Shown: positions 1 through 10,582, numbered from the stretch's first letter. The stretch: DNA of 64,000 nt from Thermoproteota archaeon (GCA_027491435.1 JAOZFG010000035.1:64001-128000); one strand, 5' to 3'. Notes: a model not told the origin generated them from the letters alone. Numbers and translations are program-made.

Positions 1-2016
1 AATATAACGGCAATTTTCAGGGGAGAGGAGGTTTCTGGAACCTGGGATGACAAGCTAAACAGCTGGATAATAGAACTCAACGATACCCTGTTGCAGGTGA
101 CCTCCAACAACACCGCCACTGTGTTTGAGGAGGCCTTATCTGAAGGGGGGGATAACCTCACGTTAAGCTTGGATAACAAGGTTTACAAACTGGTCAAGCT
201 CAGGCTTAGCCAAGGAAAGCTCATCTATGAGCTGGTGGGTCCGACGGTTAAGTCACTGGGCGAGTTTAGGGAAATACCTTTGGCTGAAATGGATTGGTCT
301 TGGACCTATCTATGGTATAACTCCGGCTCTGAGAGCTTCCTTGTCAGGGCTAGGATACTAGGGCCTATGAAATACGTATACTTCACCCCGGAATGCCCTG
401 AGTGCACGGTGAACGCCTCCTCAGGTGAGACGACTTTTGTGTTTGATGGGACTTTGAGAGCCTCCATTAATGGGGAGATAAGGGCCCCAGATTCCGCTTT
501 AACTGGCAGTTACGTCAACGCCACTTTCGTTGTGGGAGAAGCTGACCAGGTAAACGTGCTCCTGCCGAGCGGAGAAGGCCTGATCTATAGGCCTGGCAAC
601 CATTCGATTCCCCTGTCTGTCAGGTTCTACGTGCCACCAGTTACGGGGGAAGTGGAGTCCAGGTTCTTCCTGACGTGGTTTGCCTCGGGTAGAGCCTTCG
701 GAATTTCTAAACAGATAAAGCTTGAAAGGGCTGTATCGGCTGAGTTGTTGAATGGGAGTGAGGTCATCCTCATACAGGGCAAGGGAGAAGTACAAGTTGT
801 CGTGGAGAACTACTCGCCAAACCCCGTGAAGGTAGTCAACATGAGGATGACCGTATCCGAGGGGACCAGGACGTACCAGCTGATCTTCCCGGTGGACGTT
901 GACGTCTACAGGGACCATTCAAAGCTTATAGCCCTGCCCCTGTCAATAAAGCCGGGGGTTTACAGGGCTTTCCTAGAGGCTGAGATTGAGGATCTGGTGA
1001 CGAGGAGGAACGTTACCCTCCCGATAGGGGAGCTCCTAGTCAGGTCCATAGGGGAGCTCCCGGTGAAGGTTAACCTCACGTTCTCTCCCTTAGTACCCAA
1101 CGTAGGCGATGAGGTCGTCCTAAAAGTTCTTATTAAGCCTAACATCGAAGTTAAGGATGTGGCTATAAAGGTGAGGAGTGAGCCTGGGCTGAAGAGCCTA
1201 AATCGGACATCGGTTAAGTTGGATAAGGTTAAATCCGACATAGTAGAGGAGTTCAAGTTCAAGGCCGTCGATCCTGGCACCTCGAAGGTAATCGTGCAGG
1301 TCGATTACAGGCTGCCCGATGGTAGAGCTGGCTCGGTGAGGGACCAGGTGAGCGTCCCCGTCGGGGGGGTTAGGGGAAAGGTTTTCGTGAACTCTAACGT
1401 GTCTAAGGTGTTCGTTGGGCAGGAGTTCCCCCTTGTAGTTATGGTCAAAGATTGTGAGGGCGAGGCCGAGGTTCACCTGCCTAGATGGGTTAAGGTAGTG
1501 AGGGTTAATGGGGAGGTCGAGGGCAACGTCGTCAAGTTCAACGCCCCCGGTGACCTCTACATGACTTTGAGCGTGGAGAAGCCGGGCAACTACACCATAC
1601 CCACTTACGTGGCCGTCAACGGCTCCATAATACCGACTAACCCTGTGAGGGTGGAAGTTTCAGGTCCTATGGGCGAGAAGGAGAAGCGATCCCTCCTGTC
1701 CAAAGTAGCGGAGCTCAAGAGGAGGTTCAAGACCGTTAAAGAAGCTCTCTCTAGCAAGGAGGCCGAGGCCGTTGACAGGCTGGAGAGGATGTTCAGCGAG
1801 TTAGATGAGGCCCTGAACTCTGGGAATGTCAGGAGGGCTGAATCCCTCATATCAGAGATAGATAAGGAGATTTCGAAGCTTGAGGGCAAGATATCGGAGG
1901 CTGGCATCCTAAAGAACTTAATGAGTTACGTTCTCATAGGATTCGTATTAGCTGTGATAGCCGCAATGGTAATCATCCTGAAGTTCAGGGGGAAGGAAAG
2001 GCTTGAAACTCCGTGA
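1..2016 (+). CDS. Large membrane-anchored surface/exported protein (Ig/CARDB-like beta domains, C-terminal coiled coil and TM helix); 5'-truncated
   Basis: Frame is open from base 1, so the true start lies upstream. Val/Pro-rich beta repeats with many N-x-S/T sequons, then a charged helical region and a TM helix (YVLIGFVLAVIAAMVIIL) followed by KFRGK. Confidence 0.6.
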   Translation, partial: NITAIFRGEEVSGTWDDKLNSWIIELNDTLLQVTSNNTATVFEEALSEGGDNLTLSLDNKVYKLVKLRLSQGKLIYELVGPTVKSLGEFREIPLAEMDWSWTYLWYNSGSESFLVRARILGPMKYVYFTPECPECTVNASSGETTFVFDGTLRASINGEIRAPDSALTGSYVNATFVVGEADQVNVLLPSGEGLIYRPGNHSIPLSVRFYVPPVTGEVESRFFLTWFASGRAFGISKQIKLERAVSAELLNGSEVILIQGKGEVQVVVENYSPNPVKVVNMRMTVSEGTRTYQLIFPVDVDVYRDHSKLIALPLSIKPGVYRAFLEAEIEDLVTRRNVTLPIGELLVRSIGELPVKVNLTFSPLVPNVGDEVVLKVLIKPNIEVKDVAIKVRSEPGLKSLNRTSVKLDKVKSDIVEEFKFKAVDPGTSKVIVQVDYRLPDGRAGSVRDQVSVPVGGVRGKVFVNSNVSKVFVGQEFPLVVMVKDCEGEAEVHLPRWVKVVRVNGEVEGNVVKFNAPGDLYMTLSVEKPGNYTIPTYVAVNGSIIPTNPVRVEVSGPMGEKEKRSLLSKVAELKRRFKTVKEALSSKEAEAVDRLERMFSELDEALNSGNVRRAESLISEIDKEISKLEGKISEAGILKNLMSYVLIGFVLAVIAAMVIILKFRGKERLETP

Positions 2017-3055
2017 GTGGGCTTCCTCACAGGCCTCTAAGGTTAGAGACTCGTTGGCGGGTGTGGATAAGGCTTTGATACTCTACCCACCCTCTCCTGA
2101 CGGGATAGCCTCAAACGTGATAGTGGGGGAGCTCATAAGCCAGTTAGGCGTTGAGGTGAGCGAGCAGCCAATAACGCCCGAGCTCATGATAGAAGTCATC
2201 CCCTACAACATAGGGGTGGTTGATTCCATAGTCTTCGTGGACATCCTGCCCAACGGGCCAGGGTTGTTGAAACTGGCCGTAAACGAGTTCAAGTCGGTAA
2301 TGGCTTTTGATCACGGGGGCATGCCATACGAGATGCCCCCTTTTGTCAGGATAAATCCATTTGAACCTGGGGTCTCCACGAGCCTGATATCTTACCTAGT
2401 ATCCGTCTCTATGAACGGTGAGAACGAAATTTTGTCGTGGATTTCCGTGGCTGGCTTCTACGGTGAGTGCAGCTCGATTGATTGTGAGGAGGTGAGGAAA
2501 GAGGCTCAACTCTTCTGGCCTGACCTAACTGATGATCAGATAAGCCTCTTACAGGACTCCCTGGTGTCGGCATCTTACCTGGGGGAGGACTGGATACAGA
2601 TCGCCTCTGCCGCCTTACAGGAGTCCTATGATGATCCTTCTTGGTTCCTCACTGGTAATTCAGCCACTTCAAGCGTGATAAAGTCTAGAGTGGAGGAGAC
2701 CAAGCAGAGGATAAAGGAGCTACTTTCTGAGAGGCCCCGCTCCTTCTCAGGACTCCTGGCCTGGGAGGTTGACGAGGCCTTCAAGAGGGACGTCATCTCC
2801 CTTATAGCCCACACAGAGCTTGAGATCCCCACAGCCACATACCACGTGGACGAGCCGCTGGGCCTAGTGTCAGTAAGGTTTGATCACAGGATAAACCCTG
2901 TAAACGAGGTAAGGAAGTCCCTCTCCGGAGTTGAACACTCATTTTACGGGGGCTGGGGTTTCCTGTCCATGATAGTCGATTCCGCCCACCTGGAGTTCGC
3001 TTTAAACACCGTGAGTAAAATATTAAGGGAATCTTCTGGTGGTTCAATAAGGTAA
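2003..3055 (+). CDS. DHH/RecJ-like phosphoesterase homolog with degenerate motifs
   Basis: Motif layout ILYPPSPDG / IVFVD / AFDHG / INP...STS follows DHH motifs I-IV, but key residues are altered. Confidence 0.6.
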   Translation: MKLREWASSQASKVRDSLAGVDKALILYPPSPDGIASNVIVGELISQLGVEVSEQPITPELMIEVIPYNIGVVDSIVFVDILPNGPGLLKLAVNEFKSVMAFDHGGMPYEMPPFVRINPFEPGVSTSLISYLVSVSMNGENEILSWISVAGFYGECSSIDCEEVRKEAQLFWPDLTDDQISLLQDSLVSASYLGEDWIQIASAALQESYDDPSWFLTGNSATSSVIKSRVEETKQRIKELLSERPRSFSGLLAWEVDEAFKRDVISLIAHTELEIPTATYHVDEPLGLVSVRFDHRINPVNEVRKSLSGVEHSFYGGWGFLSMIVDSAHLEFALNTVSKILRESSGGSIR

Positions 3056-3078
3056 TGCCGATGGGAGGATGAGATGGG

Positions 3079-3405
3079 TTGCCCATTAGAATTGCAGTTG
3101 CCACAGATGATGGTAAATTCGTGAAGGAAGGCCCCTTCCACGAAGCTAAATACTTTGCAATATATGAGGTATCTGGTAGAAGCCCTACCAGGATTGAGTT
3201 GAGGGTCAACACCAGGAGGGGCTCCAGGAGAGGTCCCTCTTCAGTTCTCGAAATACTGAGGGATTGCGAGGTGCTCATATCCAAGAGCTTCGACGCCGAG
3301 TCTAGGGAGGTCATAGAGTCGAGGGGCATAATAACCCTTGAGACTGACAGCAAGGAGCTGGAATCGGCTGTTTTAGAGGTAGCGGAGAAGCTTGCCAGGC
3401 TTTAA
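3079..3405 (+). CDS. NifB/NifX-family (FeMo-cofactor-binding-like) protein
   Basis: RIAVATDDG...GPFHEAKYFAIYEV...DCEVLISKSF pattern. Confidence 0.8.
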   Translation: MPIRIAVATDDGKFVKEGPFHEAKYFAIYEVSGRSPTRIELRVNTRRGSRRGPSSVLEILRDCEVLISKSFDAESREVIESRGIITLETDSKELESAVLEVAEKLARL

Positions 3406-4132
3406 GGTTGACTGGAAGTCCAGAGAGATATTTTCCAAGCTCCACGTCCCCCCAGACCTGCCGGTGGTGATAAGGGTTGATGGGTGGAATTTCCACGACG
3501 TGAGCGAGAGGGCGAGGCTGAACAGGCCCTTCGACAAGAGGCTGATTAAGTCCCTGGTGATGGCCTCCGTTAGGGTCATTAGGTCAGGGCTTCCTGTGGT
3601 ATTTGCTTTTTCCTTCTCCGACGAGATTTCCTACGTGCTGGAGCCCCCCCTTCCCTGGGGAGGCCGGGTCGAAAAGCTAGTTTCGGTGCTGGCATCTCTA
3701 ACCTCTTCCACCGTTTCCAGATGGCTGGGCACGCTCACCTCCTTCGACGGCAGGGTTGTAGTGTTAAAAAGAGAGGAGATCTCTGACTACCTGAACTGGA
3801 GGCAAATGGAGGCCTGGAGGAACGCATTGAACTCTTATGCCTTGTTGGCTTTGGAGGCTGAGGGATATAGGGGCAGGGATGCGGCTGAGAAGTTGAGGGG
3901 GATGAAAGCCCCGGAGCTACACGACCTCATATTTAAGACCCTGAAGGTCAACGTGGCCAAGGTGCCGGCCTGGCAGCGAAGGGGCGTCGTCGTCAGGAGG
4001 AAGAGGTACCTGAAGAGGGTAAACGAAGGCGTCGTCAGGAGGAAGATCACCGTCGACTGGAGCCCTCCCCTCTTCTCCACAGAGGAAGGCCGGAGGTACG
4101 TGTTAGAGGCCTTGGAAAAGGATAAAAGGTAG
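3392..4132 (+). CDS. thg1: tRNA(His) guanylyltransferase / Thg1-like 3'-5' polymerase
   Basis: VIRVDGWNFH, FSDEIS, FDGRV, YLNWRQ..AWRN and PAWQRRG motifs. Confidence 0.93.
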   Translation: MPGFKVDWKSREIFSKLHVPPDLPVVIRVDGWNFHDVSERARLNRPFDKRLIKSLVMASVRVIRSGLPVVFAFSFSDEISYVLEPPLPWGGRVEKLVSVLASLTSSTVSRWLGTLTSFDGRVVVLKREEISDYLNWRQMEAWRNALNSYALLALEAEGYRGRDAAEKLRGMKAPELHDLIFKTLKVNVAKVPAWQRRGVVVRRKRYLKRVNEGVVRRKITVDWSPPLFSTEEGRRYVLEALEKDKR

Positions 4133-4148
4133 GAGTTCCCCGAGGCCT

Positions 4149-4655
4149 ATGCTGCTGGGTATAATATCAGACACTCATGATGACCTGGACGTCATAGATA
4201 GAGCTTTAGAGCTCTTTCAGAAGTACGGGGTTGACGAGGTAATTCACCTGGGCGACTTGGTCTCTCCATTCGCCCTAAAGCCCTTCATAAATTCGGGTAT
4301 ACCCACTACCCTGTTCAGGGGGAACAACGACGCCGAAGCCCTAACAGCGGTCATGGCCCTAAAGGAGGAGGTGAACTACATGCCGGCCCCGGCCTTACTG
4401 GAGAGGGGGGAGTCACGCATCCTGGCCTTCCACGGGTTCGGTCCCAAGGATTTGACCAAGTTGGTAGCAATCAAGTTGGCCGAGACCGGTCAGTACGATT
4501 TCGTAATTTACGGGCACACCCATGAGGTGCACCTTGAGGATATCGGGAAGACCAAGGTCCTAAACCCGGGTGAGGCGTGTGGGAAGCTAACGGGTAAGAG
4601 GACCGTGGCCTTGCTCGACACTTACGAGAAGAGCGCTGAAATACTGGAACTTTAA
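4149..4655 (+). CDS. YfcE/MJ0936-type metallophosphoesterase
   Basis: SDTHD, HLGD, GNND, FHG, YGHTH and NPGE motifs. Confidence 0.9.
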   Translation: MLLGIISDTHDDLDVIDRALELFQKYGVDEVIHLGDLVSPFALKPFINSGIPTTLFRGNNDAEALTAVMALKEEVNYMPAPALLERGESRILAFHGFGPKDLTKLVAIKLAETGQYDFVIYGHTHEVHLEDIGKTKVLNPGEACGKLTGKRTVALLDTYEKSAEILEL

Positions 4656-5650
4656 CCTTTTTTGGAGATTCTCCTGAGCATTATGAGGTAGGCGAGGAGC
4701 CCGAAAACCAGCTCGTTTATGAAGACCGTTATCGTGGAGGAGAGCAGGGTTATAGCTAAAGCTACCTCCTTACTTATTCCCAGGGCTGCAAGCATGCCTG
4801 TCATGGCCCATTCCCTGACGCCCGTGTTTCCGGGGATGCCTATCGGTATGAGCACCAGGATTATGGAGACAGAGTATATGAAGGCCCCCAAGAATGGGTC
4901 CAGGGATATGCCCATGGCCGAGAAGTAGATGAATATGGGCAACATGTCGAACAGCCAGTTTAGGAATGAGCAGGTTAGCGACTTTGCCAGCTTGCCTCTC
5001 TGCCTCAGTAGCCTGTTGAAGGTGCTCACGTACTCCCTGACTTGATCCTTAGCCCCGGACAAGTCTCTCTTGAAGGCTCTCTCTATTAAGCCAATTAACT
5101 TGAGGAGGAAGCTCTCGCTCATGCTTATCTTAACTATCCCAACGATCAGGAGGACCATCATTATAACTGCGCTTATGATGCCTGTAGTCAGGTCGCCGGG
5201 AGACCCAAGGTGGGAGAAGAAGAAGGACATGCCCAGCACGATGCTCACCAGGAAGGGTATTATCATGACCACCCTGTGAGCCACGACGGTAGAGGTAGCC
5301 TTGCCGGCCTGCAGGTTGGCCCTCTTATTTATCAGGTAGATCCTGAGGACCTCGCCTGAGGCGGAGCCTGTGGGGATGAGTAGGTTCATGAAGAGGCTGG
5401 CCCAGCTTATCAGGAAGACGTCTATAAAGCCGACCTTCTCATCTAGGAGGACGTACCATCCAAGAGCATAGAAGAATACGCCTAGGTGTATGGAAAGGAA
5501 GGCTAGAAGGACCGGAACGGGCCCAACTTCAGCTATCTTTTCCATAGCCCCCTCCAGGTCAAAGGCCGCTAACAGGGGGATTATGAGCACCAGCCCTAGA
5601 AGCATTAGCAACACTGTCTTTCGGCTTACGGCAGGCTTCTCGTGCATCAA
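4652..5650 (-). CDS. UPF0104 / lysylphosphatidylglycerol-synthase TM domain (putative flippase)
   Basis: Multi-TM protein with NLLIPTGSASGEVLR and IPIGIPGNTGVREW motifs. Confidence 0.85.
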   Translation of the reverse strand: MMHEKPAVSRKTVLLMLLGLVLIIPLLAAFDLEGAMEKIAEVGPVPVLLAFLSIHLGVFFYALGWYVLLDEKVGFIDVFLISWASLFMNLLIPTGSASGEVLRIYLINKRANLQAGKATSTVVAHRVVMIIPFLVSIVLGMSFFFSHLGSPGDLTTGIISAVIMMVLLIVGIVKISMSESFLLKLIGLIERAFKRDLSGAKDQVREYVSTFNRLLRQRGKLAKSLTCSFLNWLFDMLPIFIYFSAMGISLDPFLGAFIYSVSIILVLIPIGIPGNTGVREWAMTGMLAALGISKEVALAITLLSSTITVFINELVFGLLAYLIMLRRISKKG

Positions 5651-5727
5651 GATCCCTAGAGACGCTTCTATAAAAGATTTATTGTAAAAACGAGAATGGT
5701 AAAGGAAGTCTCTAGGAGAAGTCGAAC

Positions 5728-6636
5728 CTATTCCCAGTATGAGATGAACTCCATCGCGGCTATCTCATCCCAGCTTGGGAGGCTCAAAGTCGTGCCTGGC
5801 CTGCTTATCTTCAGGGCCGCAGCTGAGTTGGCCAGCCTTATGGACCTTAACACTTCAAAGCCCCTGTGTCTAGCTACTAAGTAGGCCGCGGCGAACACGT
5901 CTCCAGCCCCTGTGGTGTCCACGACCTTGACGTCTATGGCCTTGACGTCTATCAGTTCCCCGTCCGCCCAGGCTATGGCGCCGCCGGACCCCTTCTTTAT
6001 TATCACCTCATCTGGGCCCTCCCTGCCTATCTTCTTCGCCGCCTCAACCAAATCTTCCTCTTTCGATAGGAGCTTAGCCTCTTTAGCGTTGAGAAATATC
6101 CTCTTAACCCTCTTAACCAGGTTCCAGACCTCGTATGAGTTTTTACGTAACACCCTAGTCCCGGGATCCCAAGAGACCTCCTTGGTGAGCTCAGTCACCG
6201 CCCTGGCTATTGGCACCTCAACGCTGGCCATGTGAACCTCGTCCGCCACCCTTAACACCTCCTCCCTTTCCATTATGTCCTTGGGACTTAGCTCCAGGTT
6301 AGCTCCTAGGCTCTCTATCATCCTCCTGGACTCTCCCAGGACGTTGAGCACTACGACAATTCCAGTTCTCCTCCCGTCCACCACCTTGACGTGTTCCACG
6401 TCTACCCCGCCCTCCCTCATGCTCTTCAGATAGAGCTCCCCCAAGGTATCGTTGCCGACAGAAGCTATCATGGCGACCTTGGCCCCTAGCTTAGAGGCCG
6501 CCAGGGCGAAGTTTGAAGCCGAACCTCCCGAAGTGACTGTAGCCGCTAAGGAGGGAACTGATTCATCCTGATCTGGTATTCTCTCAACAAAAACCGTTAT
6601 GTCCACGTTGGCGTTGCCCACGGACACGAACCTCAT
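5728..6636 (-). CDS. PfkB-family carbohydrate/nucleoside kinase
   Basis: GGSASNFA...LG, VGNDTLG and DTTGAGDVFAA signatures. Confidence 0.92.
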   Translation of the reverse strand: MRFVSVGNANVDITVFVERIPDQDESVPSLAATVTSGGSASNFALAASKLGAKVAMIASVGNDTLGELYLKSMREGGVDVEHVKVVDGRRTGIVVVLNVLGESRRMIESLGANLELSPKDIMEREEVLRVADEVHMASVEVPIARAVTELTKEVSWDPGTRVLRKNSYEVWNLVKRVKRIFLNAKEAKLLSKEEDLVEAAKKIGREGPDEVIIKKGSGGAIAWADGELIDVKAIDVKVVDTTGAGDVFAAAYLVARHRGFEVLRSIRLANSAAALKISRPGTTLSLPSWDEIAAMEFISYWE

Positions 6637-7220
6637 ATCAATCCCTTATCCCTTAGGGCTTTAACCACGTCCGAGTGGACTTCCTCCGGACCTTGGGAGG
6701 CATCTATTTTAACGGTTACATCCCTCCAAGGGGGCTTCTCGCTAAGCTTCAGGTAGAGCTCCCTCACCCTGGAAAGCCTTTTAAGGTCCCTGTCGAAGGC
6801 CCCCTTCCTGAGCACCCTGGAGTAGGCCACTTCCGGGGGCAGATCCAGCAGCACCACCAAGTCGGGCAGCCTCGCGAACCTGTTTATCTCCTTGACCCAG
6901 GAAATGGGTAGCTTTGAGCCCTGATAGGCCAGAGATGAGAGCAGGTACCTATCGCTGATAACGTAAACGTTGTCCGATAGAGCTTTCTCAATTTCCCTAA
7001 GGTGCTCAAGCCTATCGGCGGCGAAAAGTAAAGCTACGGTTTCTTCCCTTAAACTGATTCTCCCCTCCACAAAGTCCCTGAGTACGGCCCCTATGACTCC
7101 TTTCGTGGGCTCTTCGGTGAGCCAGACCTTGTATCCCTCCCTAACCAGCCTATCCCTCAATAGCCTGGCCTGAAGCGTCTTGCCCGCCCCATCTATGCCC
7201 TCGAAGGTTATGAAGCTCAT
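6633..7220 (-). CDS. tmk: Thymidylate kinase
   Basis: FITFEGIDGAGKT P-loop, LLFAADR and SDRYLLSSLAYQG. Confidence 0.95.
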   Translation of the reverse strand: MSFITFEGIDGAGKTLQARLLRDRLVREGYKVWLTEEPTKGVIGAVLRDFVEGRISLREETVALLFAADRLEHLREIEKALSDNVYVISDRYLLSSLAYQGSKLPISWVKEINRFARLPDLVVLLDLPPEVAYSRVLRKGAFDRDLKRLSRVRELYLKLSEKPPWRDVTVKIDASQGPEEVHSDVVKALRDKGLI

Positions 7221-7290
7221 TCCCCTAATATTGAGCAGGTCCCTGAAAAGGTTACCTACCCATTTTTAACTGGTGAGGGGGCGTTACCAT

Positions 7291-8193
7291 ATGCTGATAG
7301 TTGGCCCCGACGATGAGTTCAACAGGAAGCTGGCCTCCCTCCTCAAAGTCGACCTGGTCCCCATAGAGAGGAGGAAGTTCCCAGATGGAGAGCTTTGCCC
7401 CAGGATAATGGGAGAAGTTAGCGGTGAGGACGTGATAGTGTCTATGAGGATGAAGGCCGGCGCCGCTGACGTAAACGATTACCTAGTCGAGCTTCTATTG
7501 ACCGCTAGGAATTTAAGGGAGCACATGAACGCTAATGGGATATGGGCCGTCATACCCTACTTCCCCTACGCTAGGCAAGATGAGATATTCAGAAAAGGTG
7601 AGCCCTTGAGCTCCAAGTACGTGGCTGAGCTCCTAGAGGAGTCGGGCGTTGATGGGGTCTTCAGCGTGACCGTTCACCTTCATAGGAGAAAGTCCTTCGG
7701 CGAATTGTTCTCCAAGGCTAGGGCAGTTAATGTGGACGGAATGAAGTCCCTTGCTAGGTACTTGAAGACTTTAAATTTGGAGAACCCCTTCGTCTTGGGG
7801 CCTGATACCGAAAGCATAGTGTGGGCCAGAGATCTGGCTAGGTACCTAGGAACCGAGGACTACGATTCCTTCAAGAAGGAGAGGGACCTGGCCACCGGGG
7901 AGATAAAGACCACGGCCAAGGAATTGGACCTAAAGGGAAGGGTTGTGATCGTAGCAGATGACATAGTGTCTACAGGCGGTACCATGGCAAACGCCGTGAG
8001 AGAGGCCAAGAGAATGGGGGCCAAGCTGGTGATCTCCGCCTTCGTGCACCCGGTGTTGGCCAGGGGGGCCTTTGACAGGATCCTTGGAGCTGGGGCAGAC
8101 GTGATTGTAGGAACGGACACCCTAGAATGGGCCGGCTCCAAGGCCACGGTGGTTGAAGAGCTGGCCGAAAGTCTGAAGGAGGTGCTCCCTTGA
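7291..8193 (+). CDS. prs: Ribose-phosphate pyrophosphokinase
   Basis: FPDGE, PYFPYARQD and DDIVSTGGTM motifs. ATG 7291 follows a GGTGAGG RBS. Confidence 0.95.
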   Translation: MLIVGPDDEFNRKLASLLKVDLVPIERRKFPDGELCPRIMGEVSGEDVIVSMRMKAGAADVNDYLVELLLTARNLREHMNANGIWAVIPYFPYARQDEIFRKGEPLSSKYVAELLEESGVDGVFSVTVHLHRRKSFGELFSKARAVNVDGMKSLARYLKTLNLENPFVLGPDTESIVWARDLARYLGTEDYDSFKKERDLATGEIKTTAKELDLKGRVVIVADDIVSTGGTMANAVREAKRMGAKLVISAFVHPVLARGAFDRILGAGADVIVGTDTLEWAGSKATVVEELAESLKEVLP

Positions 8194-8558
8194 AGAAGCC
8201 CCTTGCTGGACTCATATTAGGGGGGCTTGGGGTCGCGTCCCTCTACATGTCCTCTTACCTGATGAGGGTTCCCTTGGCCATGATGCTGGGGGCGCTCACC
8301 GGGCTCTCCTTCCTTTACCTAGCCTACGGGGTCATCAAGGGGTATAGGTGGGGGTTTTATGGGGGCGTAGCTGTCTTCTCAGTTCTATCAGTCATAGGAC
8401 TGCTACTCCTCCCTACGATGGCCCCAGAAGGCCTTCTGCTGCTTGCTATCTCAGCCCCCACGTTGGCTTACATGCTCTGGAGTAGGAGGCCCAGGGAAGA
8501 GGGAACCCATCGGCAGGAGGAGGGGGAGCAGGTCAGCGAGGAGGACCTCCTCTTCTGA
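8190..8558 (+). CDS. Small membrane protein (about 4 TM) with acidic tail
   Basis: Hydrophobic segments; 4-nt overlap with the prs stop. Confidence 0.7.
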   Translation: MKKPLAGLILGGLGVASLYMSSYLMRVPLAMMLGALTGLSFLYLAYGVIKGYRWGFYGGVAVFSVLSVIGLLLLPTMAPEGLLLLAISAPTLAYMLWSRRPREEGTHRQEEGEQVSEEDLLF

Positions 8559-8636
8559 AACTTTTTCTTAAGTTTTACGCGTGGATCACACACATTTATT
8601 ACCCCCTCCTGCCCACCATAACCGGAAGGTGGGAGC

Positions 8637-9650
8637 ATACCCAAGAAGAAGGCAGTTGAAAAGGAGGAAGAGGTTAACGACGTTGAGGAAGTCCAAGTTG
8701 AGGATTATTCCGTAGACGTAGACTTGACTGAGCTGGAGGGAGTGGGGCCTGCCACGGCCAAGAGGCTCCTTGAGGCTGGATTCACCACCCTGGAGTCCAT
8801 AGCCATGTCAACTCCTGCCGAGCTTGCCATGTACGCTGGGATAGGGGAAACCGTAGCTCAGAAGATAATACAGGCCGCGAGGAAGAAGCTGAACATAGAC
8901 GTCATGTCAGCTTACGAGTACTACCAGCAGAGGAAGACCGTACAAAGGATAACCACGGGATCCAAGGCTCTAGACGAGCTCCTGGGTGGAGGAGTAGAGA
9001 CCCAATCCATCACCGAGATATACGGGCCTTATGGATCGGGAAAGACTCAGTTCGCTCATCAAATGGCTGTAACCGTTCAGCTTCCCCCTGAGAGGGGTGG
9101 CCTTGGAAGGTCAGCCCTATTCATAGACACCGAAGGCACCTTCAGGCCTGAGAGGATAGTTCAAATAGCTGAGAGGTTCGGGCTGGATCCGGAGGAGACG
9201 CTCAAGAACATACTATATGCCAGGGCCTTCACTAGCGATCACCAGATGCTGGTTACCGAGAGGGCTGAGCCTTACATAAAGGAGAGAAACATAGGCATCA
9301 TAATTGTGGACTCGCTGATAAGCCACTTCAGGGGGGAGTACGTCGGAAGGGAGAGCTTGGCCGAGAGACAGCAGAAGCTGAACAAGTACCTCCATAAGCT
9401 GCTCAGGCTAGCCCTGGGCTACAACTTGGCGGTGCTGGTGACCAATCAGGTGGTGGCAGATCCATCGGCCTTCTTCACAGACCCCAACAGGCCCGCTGGA
9501 GGTCACGTCCTAGGCCACGGGGTGACCGCTAGGCTCTACATAAAGAGGGGAAAGAAGGATAGGAGGGTAGTTAAGCTAGTTAAGAGCCCTTACTTGCCCG
9601 AGGGAACTGTCGAGATAGTGATAACCGAGGGGGGCATCCAGGACGTCTAA
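8637..9650 (+). CDS. radA: DNA repair and recombination protein RadA (probable ATA start at 8637; ORF track starts at 8724)
   Basis: HhH N-domain (LEGVGPATA), GPYGSGKTQ Walker [12 protein letters not shown] and IIVDS. In-frame extension to ATA 8637 lies behind a GGAAGGTGGGAG RBS. Confidence 0.95.
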   Translation: MPKKKAVEKEEEVNDVEEVQVEDYSVDVDLTELEGVGPATAKRLLEAGFTTLESIAMSTPAELAMYAGIGETVAQKIIQAARKKLNIDVMSAYEYYQQRKTVQRITTGSKALDELLGGGVETQSITEIYGPYGSGKTQFAHQMAVTVQLPPERGGLGRSALFIDTEGTFRPERIVQIAERFGLDPEETLKNILYARAFTSDHQMLVTERAEPYIKERNIGIIIVDSLISHFRGEYVGRESLAERQQKLNKYLHKLLRLALGYNLAVLVTNQVVADPSAFFTDPNRPAGGHVLGHGVTARLYIKRGKKDRRVVKLVKSPYLPEGTVEIVITEGGIQDV

Positions 9651-10336
9651 GCCCCCCTCTCGTATTCCTCCTTCTTCCTGTCGTAGGCGTCTCTCGACAT
9701 CACTGGCCTGGCAGGCACCCCGAGCACCACAGTATCTGGGGGAACGTCCTTAGTCACCACAGCTCCGGCCCCTATCACGGCCCCTCTGCCTACCTTGATT
9801 CCAGATATCAGGACTGAGTTAGCCCCTACAACGGCTTCATCTTCTATGTGCACTCCCAGCAGCCTCCTGCTGGCTGGGTACCTGTCGTTAGTTATCACCA
9901 CGAACGGGGCTAGGAACACGTTGTTCCCTATGACGCTCTCAGGGGGTATGTAGTTTCCGCTCTGAATGCTGACGTTCCTGCCTATGTTGACCCTGCCGTC
10001 CACTATGGTGTGAGAGCCCACCACCGTACCGTCCCCTATAACCGTGTCCTCCCTTATCAGCACCCCGTGACCCGTTTGCACGCTCTTGCCTATTCTGACC
10101 CTCTCGTAAATCACTGAGTGGCTCCTTATGAAGGAACTCTCTCCTATGACCGCCCCTTCGCTAACCTCATCGTAGGCCTCCAGGGAGGGGCTAATGCCCT
10201 TTATCTTCCTGTATGTTGGGTAGCCCACCACGGTGTATATGCCTAAAATGGACCCTTCACCTATTTCGCTGGGCCCCAGGACTGTGACATCTCCCTCCAG
10301 CTTGCCCCTCAAGGAAGCCTTTTTAGACAAGAACAT
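9647..10336 (-). CDS. Hexapeptide-repeat (left-handed beta-helix) sugar N-acetyltransferase
   Basis: Hexapeptide repeats, TNDRYP and [11 protein letters not shown]...GVPAR. Start reassigned to ATG 10336 after a GGTGAT RBS. Confidence 0.88.
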   Translation of the reverse strand: MFLSKKASLRGKLEGDVTVLGPSEIGEGSILGIYTVVGYPTYRKIKGISPSLEAYDEVSEGAVIGESSFIRSHSVIYERVRIGKSVQTGHGVLIREDTVIGDGTVVGSHTIVDGRVNIGRNVSIQSGNYIPPESVIGNNVFLAPFVVITNDRYPASRRLLGVHIEDEAVVGANSVLISGIKVGRGAVIGAGAVVTKDVPPDTVVLGVPARPVMSRDAYDRKKEEYERGA

Positions 10337-10354
10337 GGGATCACCGAGGGAAGG

Positions 10355-10582
10355 ATGGAGCGGAAAATAAAGGTGTTTATCCTGGGAAGTGAGAGGGAGG
10401 TCCCCTGGAACACCAGAGTGGAGGACGTGCACAAGATGATAGGCACTAATAGGTGGAACGCTCTAATACTGGTGAACGGCGAGCCGGCGCCCGATGACAT
10501 GTACTTGGAGGAAGGCGACCTAGTGGCTTGGATGAGGATAACTTACCACGAGAGCCCGGTGTCTAAGGATGAGGGCCTGTGA
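10355..10582 (+). CDS. ThiS/MoaD (TtuB-like) ubiquitin-fold protein lacking the C-terminal GG
   Basis: [19 protein letters not shown] beta-grasp pattern; overlaps the ttuA start. Confidence 0.7.
   Translation: MERKIKVFILGSEREVPWNTRVEDVHKMIGTNRWNALILVNGEPAPDDMYLEEGDLVAWMRITYHESPVSKDEGL

Noticed and set aside
3079-3405. Nitrogen fixation
   Set aside because: Lone NifX-like domain; no nifHDK in the window.
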